Shown: in pieces, positions 9,724 through 17,988 of the stretch
Position numbering within the stretch: the first letter of the stretch is position 1
Layout: each line of letters opens with the position of its first letter
DNA from: Candidatus Latescibacterota bacterium
GTDB lineage: Bacteria; JAAXHH01
Assembly: GCA_022823465.1 (NCBI GenBank)
Contig: JAJEHX010000032.1
Span: 10,340 to 74,339 of the forward strand
Length of the DNA: 64,000 bases
Reading direction: 5' to 3'
Made by a program: the position numbers and the translations under genes
Notes under the pieces: generated by a model
What the model was told of the DNA's origin: nothing
Database searches by the model: none
What the model saw: only the letters and a program-made list of their open reading frames with translations

Positions 9724-10773
9724 ATGCAAACGCCGGGAACACCGACCCTGCCCATGCTTCGTATCCTGCTCGGCTCCCAGCAAACGGGACTGATCCTCGT
9801 CATCCTGCTGCTCGGTGTGGTTCTCTCCGTTTTCGCGGGGTACCACGTGGACCGCGCGACAGGCGATCTCGTCAACAACTTCCTGAATTCACGCACCCTG
9901 ATGCAGACGGCCACCGACGCCAGTTTCTTCGTGATCATGGCGGTCGGAGCAACCATGGTCATCATATCCGGGGGAATCGATCTTTCGGTCGGTTCGATCT
10001 ACGCCCTTTCCGGTGTAATGACCGCCATGGTGTTGCGGTCCGTCGCGCCGGACAGTCCCGTCGCGGTGGTCCTGCTGGCCGTTCTGGTCTGCGTGAGTCT
10101 CGGCCTGTTGTGCGGCCTGCTGAACGGCGTCATGGTGGTCGGACTTCGCGTCCATCCCTTCATCGTCACCCTGGGTACGATGTGGGTTTTCCGGGGCACT
10201 GCCTTCGTGATCAGCGAAGCGGAGAGCATACTCGTGCCGCAGTCCCTGACCGACGCGATCAAGCTGTCCTTCGGTTCCGACGCGCTCTATCCCATGCCCA
10301 TGATCATCATGCTCCTGATCACCGCCGCCGGCGCCGTGTACCTGTCCCGAACGGTCATGGGCCGCCACATATTCGCCGTGGGCGGCAACCTGGAAGCCAG
10401 CCGGTATGCCGGTCTGAGAATCGACCGTATCCTGGTAGGCGTGTACGTGGTTTCAGGACTCACCGCGGGTATCGCCGCGCTGGTCGGCAGCAGCTACTAC
10501 GGTTCGGCCTCCTGTGCCGACGCCACGGGATACGAACTTTACGTCATCGCCTCGGCGGTTGTCGGCGGCGCCAGCCTGCGCGGCGGCCGGGGAAGCGCGG
10601 TCAACGCCATGCTCGGGGCCATGCTGATCGTCCTGATCAGACAATCCATACGCACCCTGCACCTTGACCAGAACTACGAATGGGTCGTGATCGGTTGCGC
10701 GATCATCATCGCCGTGGTCCTCGACCAGGTGAACCGCCGGCTCACGGCGCGCAAACTGGCCGGTGCGGGTTAG
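9724..10773 (+). CDS. Sugar ABC transporter permease (RbsC-type)
   Basis: 349-aa polytopic ORF of the ribose/branched-chain permease type. Adjacent to a matching SBP and a double-ATPase. Confidence 0.85.
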   Translation: MQTPGTPTLPMLRILLGSQQTGLILVILLLGVVLSVFAGYHVDRATGDLVNNFLNSRTLMQTATDASFFVIMAVGATMVIISGGIDLSVGSIYALSGVMTAMVLRSVAPDSPVAVVLLAVLVCVSLGLLCGLLNGVMVVGLRVHPFIVTLGTMWVFRGTAFVISEAESILVPQSLTDAIKLSFGSDALYPMPMIIMLLITAAGAVYLSRTVMGRHIFAVGGNLEASRYAGLRIDRILVGVYVVSGLTAGIAALVGSSYYGSASCADATGYELYVIASAVVGGASLRGGRGSAVNAMLGAMLIVLIRQSIRTLHLDQNYEWVVIGCAIIIAVVLDQVNRRLTARKLAGAG

Positions 10774-10838
10774 ATCCACGACGCGTCAGGCCGCTTCAGA
10801 TATGACGCGTCAGACCACTTCAGAAAGGAACGAAATCG

Positions 10839-11885
10839 ATGATGGCATGTAAAAGACGTCTGGAAACCCTGGTCCTGTCGGTCCTGGGCGCGTTCGTTTT
10901 CGGTTCGGGTTGCGGAGAAGCCGCGCCTCCCGACGACAACCGGCTCGTGATCTCCATGATCGCCAAGAGCACGACGAACCCTGTGTTCCTTTCCTCCCGT
11001 ACCGGGGCGGAGGCCGCGGCCGGCGAGTTGTCGGCCCGGCACGGCATCGACATCGTGATCGACTGGCGTACGCCGCCGACGGAGGACGGCCAGGTTCAGG
11101 CGCAGCGTATCGCCCAGGCCGTGAACGAAGGGGCCGACGTGGTCCTGATCTCCTGTTCGGACGCCGCCAAGGTAACTGGCGCCATCAATGACGCGGTGGA
11201 CCGGGGCGTTCCGGTCATGACCTTCGACAGCGACGCCCCCGATTCCAGGCGATTCGCCTTCTTCGGGGTGGACGACATCAAGACCGGTGGGCTGATCATG
11301 GGAGAGTTGGCCAGGGCGATGAACGGCAAGGGCCGCGTGGCCATCCTCGCGGGAAACCAGAACGCGCCGAACCTGCGCAAACGCGTGGAAGGCGTCCTGC
11401 AGAAGGCCGCCGAGTACCCGGATATCTCGATCGTGGGGACCTTCTATCACATAGAAACCCCCCAGGACGCCGCCGCCGAGGTGGTGCGGGTAAACAATGC
11501 CTACCCGGATATCGACGGATGGGCCATGGTGGGCGGATGGGCGCTGTTCACCCAGTCCCTGCTGACCGACCTGGACCCCGAGCGCATGAAGATCATCTCT
11601 GTGGACGCGCTGCCGCCCCAGCTGACCTACATCGAGCAGGGCATCGTACCCGTGCTCTGGGGCCAGCCCACCTACCTGTGGGGGTACGAATCGGTCCGCC
11701 TGATCGTCGAGAAGATCCACCTGAAGCAAGACGTCCCCGTCATCAATCCCCTCGAACTGGTCCACGTATCGCAGAATAACCTCGGCGAATGGGCGAAGAT
11801 GCTCCAGGGATGGGGATTCACGGACGTGCCTGAGCGGTACCTGCGGGCGGATGATTCGGAGGACCCGCCGGCCTCGGATGAGTGA
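10839..11885 (+). CDS. Sugar ABC transporter substrate-binding lipoprotein (RbsB-type periplasmic binding protein)
   Basis: Lipobox-like FGSGC. Type-I periplasmic binding protein look. Confidence 0.8.
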   Translation: MMACKRRLETLVLSVLGAFVFGSGCGEAAPPDDNRLVISMIAKSTTNPVFLSSRTGAEAAAGELSARHGIDIVIDWRTPPTEDGQVQAQRIAQAVNEGADVVLISCSDAAKVTGAINDAVDRGVPVMTFDSDAPDSRRFAFFGVDDIKTGGLIMGELARAMNGKGRVAILAGNQNAPNLRKRVEGVLQKAAEYPDISIVGTFYHIETPQDAAAEVVRVNNAYPDIDGWAMVGGWALFTQSLLTDLDPERMKIISVDALPPQLTYIEQGIVPVLWGQPTYLWGYESVRLIVEKIHLKQDVPVINPLELVHVSQNNLGEWAKMLQGWGFTDVPERYLRADDSEDPPASDE

Positions 11886-11971
11886 CCGATCCGGACGCAC
11901 CGGGCCTTTTGACCTCGAGAACCTGATCAGGTAGCGTCGCTCGGATCGCGCCGGAAACCACGGATAACCTC

Positions 11972-13471
11972 ATGGACCACAATACGCCTGATGCATATAT
12001 AGCCTTCGACCGGGTCACCAAGCGGTTCCCTGGTGTGACGGCCCTTGACGAGGTGACCTTCGGGATCGAAGCGGGTACCTGTCACGCCGTGGTCGGCGAA
12101 AACGGCGCCGGTAAAAGTACACTTGGGCGGATACTGACCGGTATCTACGGAATGGACGGCGGCCGGATACGCGTGGACGGCCAGCCCGTGCAGTTCTACG
12201 AACCGCGGGACGCCCTTGATCTGGGGATCGGCATGGTCCACCAGGAACTCGCGTTCTGCGAGAACCTGTCCGTCGCCGAAAACCTCTGCCTCGGCGCCCT
12301 GCCCGGCGGGGGAGGGTTCGTCTCCGATCGACGGATGGAAGCCCGGGCCCGGCAAATGCTGGAGGCGGTTGAAGCCGATCTGGACGTGGGAACGCCCATT
12401 GGCGATCTGCCCGTCGCCCAGCAACAACTCGTGCAGATCGCTGCGGCCCTTGGCAGCGGCGCCCGCGTGATCGTCTTCGACGAACCGGCCAGCAGCCTGT
12501 CCCACGTGGAAGCGGAACGGTTGCGAGCGCATATCCGGCGCCTCAAGGCGAAGGGCGTGACGTCGATCTACATTTCCCACGACCTGGACGAGATCTTCCG
12601 CCTTTGCGACGCCGTGACGGTGCTTCGCGACGGCCGGCACGTGGCTACCCGCCCGGTCGCCGACCTCGACCGGGCCACGCTGATCAACCTGATGATCGGG
12701 CGTACTTTCGAAGCCTACTTCCCGTCTCACGTGGAGACCGAACCCGGTGACGAGATGCTTTCCGTGGACCGGCTCGCCAGTCCGGGGAAATTCGACAACG
12801 TGTCTTTCTCCGTGCGGTCCGGGGAAGTACTCGCCCTGGCCGGCCTGGTGGGCGCGGGACGGACCGAAGTGCTGCAGGCCGTGTTCGGGCTGGACCCCAT
12901 AGCCGCGGGGCAAATACGTGTCCAGGGCCGGCCGGTGAGCATCCGGCATCCGATCGACGCGATGCGAAGGGGCATCGGGCTCGTGCCCGAAGACCGCAAG
13001 CGATTCGGTCTCGTCCTTTCGCTTCGCGTGGAACAGAACATAGGGCTGCCCACCCTGGACCGCCGCTCCGGCTTCGGGTGGATCCGCGGAAAAAGGGAAG
13101 AAGACCTGGCGCGGGAATATGTCAAACGGCTATCGGTGCGGCCGGACGACGTCCGGTATGAAACGGCGGGCCTGTCGGGCGGGAACCAGCAGAAGGTGGT
13201 CCTGGCCAAGTGGCTGGCCGCCCGATGCCCGGTCCTCCTGATCGACGAACCCACCCGGGGCGTGGACGTGGGCGCCAAGTCGGAGATGCACGCCCTGATC
13301 GACCAGCTGGCTCATGAGGGCACGGCCATCGTGCTCGTGTCGAGCGAATTGCCGGAGGTGCTCAACCTGTCGACGCGGATCCTTGTGCTTCGATCCGGGC
13401 GTATCGCGGGGGAACTGTCCCGCGAAGAAGCGGACCAGGGCGCGGTGATGCGAATGATGGCGGGGGTGTGA
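11972..13471 (+). CDS. Sugar ABC transporter ATP-binding protein, two fused ABC domains (RbsA-type)
   Basis: Walker A GENGAGKST and GLVGAGRTE. Signature LSGGNQQKVVLAKWL. Confidence 0.9.
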   Translation: MDHNTPDAYIAFDRVTKRFPGVTALDEVTFGIEAGTCHAVVGENGAGKSTLGRILTGIYGMDGGRIRVDGQPVQFYEPRDALDLGIGMVHQELAFCENLSVAENLCLGALPGGGGFVSDRRMEARARQMLEAVEADLDVGTPIGDLPVAQQQLVQIAAALGSGARVIVFDEPASSLSHVEAERLRAHIRRLKAKGVTSIYISHDLDEIFRLCDAVTVLRDGRHVATRPVADLDRATLINLMIGRTFEAYFPSHVETEPGDEMLSVDRLASPGKFDNVSFSVRSGEVLALAGLVGAGRTEVLQAVFGLDPIAAGQIRVQGRPVSIRHPIDAMRRGIGLVPEDRKRFGLVLSLRVEQNIGLPTLDRRSGFGWIRGKREEDLAREYVKRLSVRPDDVRYETAGLSGGNQQKVVLAKWLAARCPVLLIDEPTRGVDVGAKSEMHALIDQLAHEGTAIVLVSSELPEVLNLSTRILVLRSGRIAGELSREEADQGAVMRMMAGV

Positions 13472-13531
13472 TTAAGAAAGAGAAAAACCGCCAACCAGTA
13501 CAAATCTCAGTAAGTTTAAGCGCAGGTGCAA

Positions 13532-14281
13532 TTAGTCATGAGGGACCAAAAGTTGGTAATCATTACTACTCATTGGTTCATGTTTACCCCAATCGCCCCG
13601 CATTTCGATCAAAACACGTTGTTTCAGAAATGCGGTGTTGGAATTCATGCGTGCTACTTCTGCTTCGAACATGCCATGTGAGTTAGCCATAGCCTTGGTC
13701 AAGTCATGTACCAAATATCGAGGCGCCCATCCAATCATGTGATAGTCTGTCGTTTGAATCTGAACCGCTAACTGAGTTGCAGGATTGGTCAGTTCTAACG
13801 TAACATACAACTCTTCTTCTTCACTTAGTCTATTCAACCGAGTTTTTGCTTCTTCATTGATGTATCGCCAACCGTGTAAGAAAAACCTGCAGGTAAATCT
13901 CCCGTCTGCGTGCTTTGTGATTTTTGGAAAAACTTCGTAGGTATCTGTAACCCGGGAGCCACCATTTCTGGCCAGGATCTCGATGGGATTTGCCTTCTCT
14001 GGTAAATCCAGACTTTTCAGATAGTCAGAAAAATCCGGCCTTGCGGGATTCATCACTCTGTTTTTAAAAAGTGGAAATAACTCCGAAGAACGATAGTCTC
14101 CTTTTAAATCAGGAAAATCCAGTAAAGGAGTAAATCCTTCTTTCTTTGCTTTTTTGGCGCCTTTGATATAGCGAAATCGATACAATGATTGTTCGACATT
14201 CGCATCGAGCTGGCCCACCGGAAACCATGCGCGGCTAGGATTTCTGTCTTGCCAAGCCAGAAACAAAGTTTTCTCACTCAT
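13532..14281 (-). CDS. HipS-like (HipA N-subdomain-like) / HIRAN-like fusion protein, putative antitoxin partner of the upstream kinase
   Basis: The N-terminal half resembles the HipA N-terminal subdomain (LFLAWQD..WFPVGQL..YRFRY ... LFPLFKNRV ... ILARNGGSRVTD). The C-terminal half is HIRAN-like (LELTNPATQLAVQI...HMIGWAPRYL). AGGAG lies 9 nt upstream of the ATG. The start overlaps the upstream reading frame as ATGA. AT-rich. Confidence 0.65.
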   Translation of the reverse strand: MSEKTLFLAWQDRNPSRAWFPVGQLDANVEQSLYRFRYIKGAKKAKKEGFTPLLDFPDLKGDYRSSELFPLFKNRVMNPARPDFSDYLKSLDLPEKANPIEILARNGGSRVTDTYEVFPKITKHADGRFTCRFFLHGWRYINEEAKTRLNRLSEEEELYVTLELTNPATQLAVQIQTTDYHMIGWAPRYLVHDLTKAMANSHGMFEAEVARMNSNTAFLKQRVLIEMRGDWGKHEPMSSNDYQLLVPHD

Positions 14282-14484
14282 GCTGATAACTCCTGTAACA
14301 TGCTGATGCTATAGTCCAACTGATCGGTCATAAATTTTCGACCTAAACTAGATATCCAATCGTCGGGTAATTGTTTAGGTAGGTTGAGAATTGACCCCTT
14401 GTCCAATTCCTTGATTCGTTGAAGTGCAGGGCGAAAAAACTCGGGATATGCATCAACCTGACCGTCTGACCAATTCGATAGGGC
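14278..14484 (-). other. Out-of-frame C-terminal continuation of the kinase (+1 frame)
   Basis: The open frame reads ..SDGQVDAYPEFFRPALQRIKELDKGSILNLPKQLPDDWISSLGRKFMTDQLDYSISMLQELSA and has no start codon of its own. Its TGA overlaps the ATG of the downstream gene. Confidence 0.6.
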
Positions 14485-15181
14485 TCATGCCACGTGTGTC
14501 AGATTCAGACCAGTATATGGCTCCAGGCGCTCTTTCAACGTACGGACCAATTTGGTTGTTGGCGAATAGCCTTTCACGCTTTGTGTCACTTAGTTCTCGA
14601 CCTAATGACGAGGCATGGTCATACGTGGGAGCTAAATCCACAACAACTTTACCATCAGACAATTGTAATAGCAATCCCCAGTTCTCGTGGTGCCTATCAG
14701 TATTGCCTATGATTGCATCAAGAATCAAGTAGTCCGCAAATCGACATTTTGTTGATTTCGCTTTTGCTGAATCATGTAGTGCTGATAGTACTGAGTCTAA
14801 AGCTTTCCAGATATTCTCCAGGGTATGGCTGGATTGACCGAACTTCTTGTTTGGATCATAACTTCGCACCGCCGACTCAAGTAACTGATTCCCATGGATC
14901 AAAACCGTGCCAATGCCGACATTTGTAAACGATCTTGTTGTGGATCCCTTTCTTCCTTCAAAGACCGCTAACTCTACTATGGCATGTTCAATGCCAAGAA
15001 TCTCCGCAACTTCGGCTGCTATCTTTTCTGCCCAATGTTCCCCGGAGTCTCCTCGTGGATACTTGAACAACAAATTACCAGAGTCCGGATTGTTATACCA
15101 GAACTTGCGTTTGCTACCCATGTCTTCGGACTCACGCTCCCATTCACTCTTCACTTCCACAACAGTGAATTCCCCAGACAT
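14453..15181 (-). CDS. HipA-family Ser/Thr kinase core (no N-subdomain 1); reading frame broken near the 3' end
   Basis: Catalytic-loop motif DAIIGNTDRHHENWG and Mg-binding LAPTYDH. ATG at 15181 with AGGTGG 8 nt upstream; the ORF track gives an alternative GTG at 15193. The ORF stops at 14453 but coding clearly continues in another frame. Confidence 0.75.
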   Translation of the reverse strand: MSGEFTVVEVKSEWERESEDMGSKRKFWYNNPDSGNLLFKYPRGDSGEHWAEKIAAEVAEILGIEHAIVELAVFEGRKGSTTRSFTNVGIGTVLIHGNQLLESAVRSYDPNKKFGQSSHTLENIWKALDSVLSALHDSAKAKSTKCRFADYLILDAIIGNTDRHHENWGLLLQLSDGKVVVDLAPTYDHASSLGRELSDTKRERLFANNQIGPYVERAPGAIYWSESDTRGMSPIELVRRSG

Positions 15182-15273
15182 TGGAGTTACCACCTATACT
15201 GGCGCTAAGAAAACCATGGAATCTGGAGCGTCTACGAAAACAGGTGTAAAAAAGTTGCGACATTGTCCGTTGT

Positions 15274-15302
15274 ATTATACGAAAAACAGGCATCTAAGTC
15301 CA
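15274..15302 (-). promoter_or_regulatory. Sigma70-like promoter candidate for the kinase operon
   Basis: On the minus strand: TGGACT, 17 nt, TATAAT. It lies about 90 nt upstream of the kinase start, in an AT-rich spacer. Confidence 0.25.
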
Positions 15303-15373
15303 TACCATGTTCTAAACTTAGATTCCATTAGGACATCAAGTACAGAAACATGGTTAATGTTGAATTTATCAGC

Positions 15374-16189
15374 TCAACCCCGCCTCCCCGGCGCGGCCGC
15401 CACGCCTTCCATGCCGCCGCTCACCCGCAGCACTTCTCCGGTGATCCAGCCCGCAGCGGGGCTGCACAGGAACGCCACCCCGTTGGCGATGTCCTCCGGC
15501 TCGCCCCACCTGCCGAGCGGAATGGCGCCTCGAATCCGTTCGATCATCTCTTCTTCGGTAAGTCCCAGGGTCTTGCTGCGCTGCGCCATGTTCGACCGGT
15601 TGAACTCGGTGTAGACGGGGCCGGGGCAGACGGCGTTCACACGTATCCCGTACGCCGCAAGTTCCAGTGCCAGGGTTCGTGTGAGACTGATGACGCCTTC
15701 CTTGGCTACGTTGTAGGCCGCCACCAGGGCCGCCGGATTCTGTCCGTTGATGGATGAGATGTTCACGATGGCGCCCGATTCCTGCCCCTCCATGATCCCG
15801 CCCGCGGCCCGGCAGCAGTAGAAGGTCCCGGTCAGCGTGACCCGGATGACACGGTCCCACTCTCCGTCGTCCAGTTCGACCACCGGCGCTACCTTCTGGC
15901 CGACCCCGGCGTTGTTGACCAGGATGTCGATTCTTCCGTGCGCTTCGGCGACTTCACCGAAGAAGGCGTTTACCGAGGCGCTGTCCGAAACGTCCAGGTA
16001 CCCGGGAACCGCCGCCAATCCCAGCTCACGGAGTCTCCCGGCCTCCTCCTCGGCCTTCTCGCGCTGCAGATCCGCCATCACCACGGTCGCGCCGTTGCGC
16101 GCCAGCCGCTCCGCTATACCCAGGCCGAGCCCCTGGGCCGCGCCGGTCACGACGGCTACGGCCCCGTCTATACGATGTGGGTCGTCCAT
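15374..16189 (-). CDS. SDR family oxidoreductase (FabG-like)
   Basis: TGxxxGxG (VTGAAQGLGLG), NNAG, and YxxxK (YNVAK). Confidence 0.9.
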   Translation of the reverse strand: MDDPHRIDGAVAVVTGAAQGLGLGIAERLARNGATVVMADLQREKAEEEAGRLRELGLAAVPGYLDVSDSASVNAFFGEVAEAHGRIDILVNNAGVGQKVAPVVELDDGEWDRVIRVTLTGTFYCCRAAGGIMEGQESGAIVNISSINGQNPAALVAAYNVAKEGVISLTRTLALELAAYGIRVNAVCPGPVYTEFNRSNMAQRSKTLGLTEEEMIERIRGAIPLGRWGEPEDIANGVAFLCSPAAGWITGEVLRVSGGMEGVAAAPGRRG

Positions 16190-16202
16190 GTCGCAGTTCC
16201 TT

Positions 16203-17954
16203 TCAACCGTCCATTCTCTCTTTGCCGATGTACATCTCGGTATACACGGTATTGTTTTCCCAGAAGGGATAGAATCCCGCGCGGTCCCGTTTCAGTCCCT
16301 TGAGCCAGGGCTTGCGGAGCTGGAACCGGTGGTCGTGCCACAGAAACGCTCCGCCGACGTCAGAAACAAGCATCCATTCCGCCTCTTCGTAGAGCCGCAT
16401 CCGCCTGCCGCGATCAGGTTCCCCCCGGGCCCGGTCGATCAGGCCGTTGAAACGCGCCTCGTTCCAGTCGTGCCGGGTGAATCCCCTGGGCTGCGAGCGC
16501 CATGGAACGCCGAGCAGGCTCTGCGGATCGGAGAAGTCGGCGCCGTAACCGACCATGCCGACCGGTATCTTCCATTCGTACATCAACTGGTTGAAGGCGT
16601 TCGCCTGCATGTTTCGGATTTCGAGCCGGATACCGAGGATTTCGAGCAGTTGTTCCTGGATCATCTGCGCGGCCTGGCCGCTCTGCGAGGAAGGGGGCGC
16701 GTCGCGTAACCAGATCTCGATGGCGGGGAATCCCTTGCCGCCGGGATATCCGGCGTCGGCCATCAACTGGCGCGCCGTCTCCGGATCGAACGCCTGGAGG
16801 GGTTTCAGGCCTTCGCCGGCATATCCGGGGAAATTGGGGGGACGCATGCCGTAGGCCGGCCGAACGGCCCCCTTGAACAGCACGTCGGCGATGGTCTGCT
16901 TGTCGATGGCCCTGGCGATGGCCTGACGAACGCGGACATCGTTAAAAGGCGGCTCCCGGGTCCGGAAGAACAGGTACACGGTGGACACGCCGTTGAATTT
17001 CCAGAGCTGGCCGCTCAGTTTCGGGTCGTTTCTGATGCGGTCGAGATCGGCCGGGCTGCCCACGCCGACCAGATCCACCTCGTCGTTCTCATACGGCAGC
17101 AGGCCCACGCCGCCGGACGCGCTACCGGTCCCCGCCGTTCCCGAGAAGAAGCGGACGATCTTCCTGAAATGCCCCGGATTGTTTCCTTTGTAATGCGGAT
17201 TTAGCCGGAAGGTCATGTACTTGCCCTGGACCCATTCATCCAGCCGGAAGGCGGAGTTGCTCACGCACCGTCCGGCTTCCGTCCACCGCCTGCCGTATTT
17301 CTCCACCTGCCATCGCGGTACCGGCGAAGAGGCCGTGTACGAAGTCACGTACGGCAGGTAGGCGCAGGGTTCTTCGGTTTCGATTTCGAAGGTCAGGTCG
17401 TCAGTCGCCCTTACGCCGAGCAGGTCCGGGTCGCTGATCTCTCGCTGGTTGTATGCCCTCGCGCCCTTGATGTCATAGTAGAAGAAGGCGTACACGTTGC
17501 CGCTGTCCGGGTGGAGCAGGCGCTTGTACGTATATACGAAGTCGTGGGCTGTGACGGGCGTGCCATCGCTCCACCGCGCACCGGGATGGAGGTGGAACGT
17601 CCATGTTCTTCCGTCGGGCGATTGCTCCCACCGGTCCGCCGCGCCTGGAATGAGCGCTTCGTTCTCGTCGACCATGCAGAGGCGTTCGAAGAGGAACGCG
17701 CTGCCCAGGGATTCGTACAGGGCGACGCTGACGTCCAGGCTGGAGGGTTCGTTGGAGAAGTAGCGGTACACCTGGCGTTCGGGCGGCGCCGCATCCGCCG
17801 GGAGCGGCTGGGCTGCCGCTTCTTCCCCGGGGATGGTCTCTACGAATGGATGTCCGGGAAGATCGGACGGACCGTTACTGCAGGACGAAGCCAACAACAG
17901 GGCGAAGAGCGTGCCCAGGGCGAACAGCCGACTTGATCTCGTTTGTGAGCCCAT
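16203..17954 (-). CDS. ABC transporter substrate-binding protein, family 5 (peptide/nickel type)
   Basis: Large SBP5-like ORF. An internal ATG at 17954 gives a signal/lipobox-like N-terminus (LFALLLASSC) and avoids overlap with the SulP gene. Confidence 0.8.
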   Translation of the reverse strand: MGSQTRSSRLFALGTLFALLLASSCSNGPSDLPGHPFVETIPGEEAAAQPLPADAAPPERQVYRYFSNEPSSLDVSVALYESLGSAFLFERLCMVDENEALIPGAADRWEQSPDGRTWTFHLHPGARWSDGTPVTAHDFVYTYKRLLHPDSGNVYAFFYYDIKGARAYNQREISDPDLLGVRATDDLTFEIETEEPCAYLPYVTSYTASSPVPRWQVEKYGRRWTEAGRCVSNSAFRLDEWVQGKYMTFRLNPHYKGNNPGHFRKIVRFFSGTAGTGSASGGVGLLPYENDEVDLVGVGSPADLDRIRNDPKLSGQLWKFNGVSTVYLFFRTREPPFNDVRVRQAIARAIDKQTIADVLFKGAVRPAYGMRPPNFPGYAGEGLKPLQAFDPETARQLMADAGYPGGKGFPAIEIWLRDAPPSSQSGQAAQMIQEQLLEILGIRLEIRNMQANAFNQLMYEWKIPVGMVGYGADFSDPQSLLGVPWRSQPRGFTRHDWNEARFNGLIDRARGEPDRGRRMRLYEEAEWMLVSDVGGAFLWHDHRFQLRKPWLKGLKRDRAGFYPFWENNTVYTEMYIGKERMDG

Positions 17955-17988
17955 GAAAACCCGTCCTGCCCTGTCCAGTCGATCAGGA

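Noticed and set aside
14453-14487. Programmed +1 ribosomal frameshift (RF2-like) in the kinase gene.
   Set aside because: There is no CUU-UGA-C-type shifty stop and no upstream SD-like stimulator at the frame junction. A mutation or an assembly indel is the simpler explanation.
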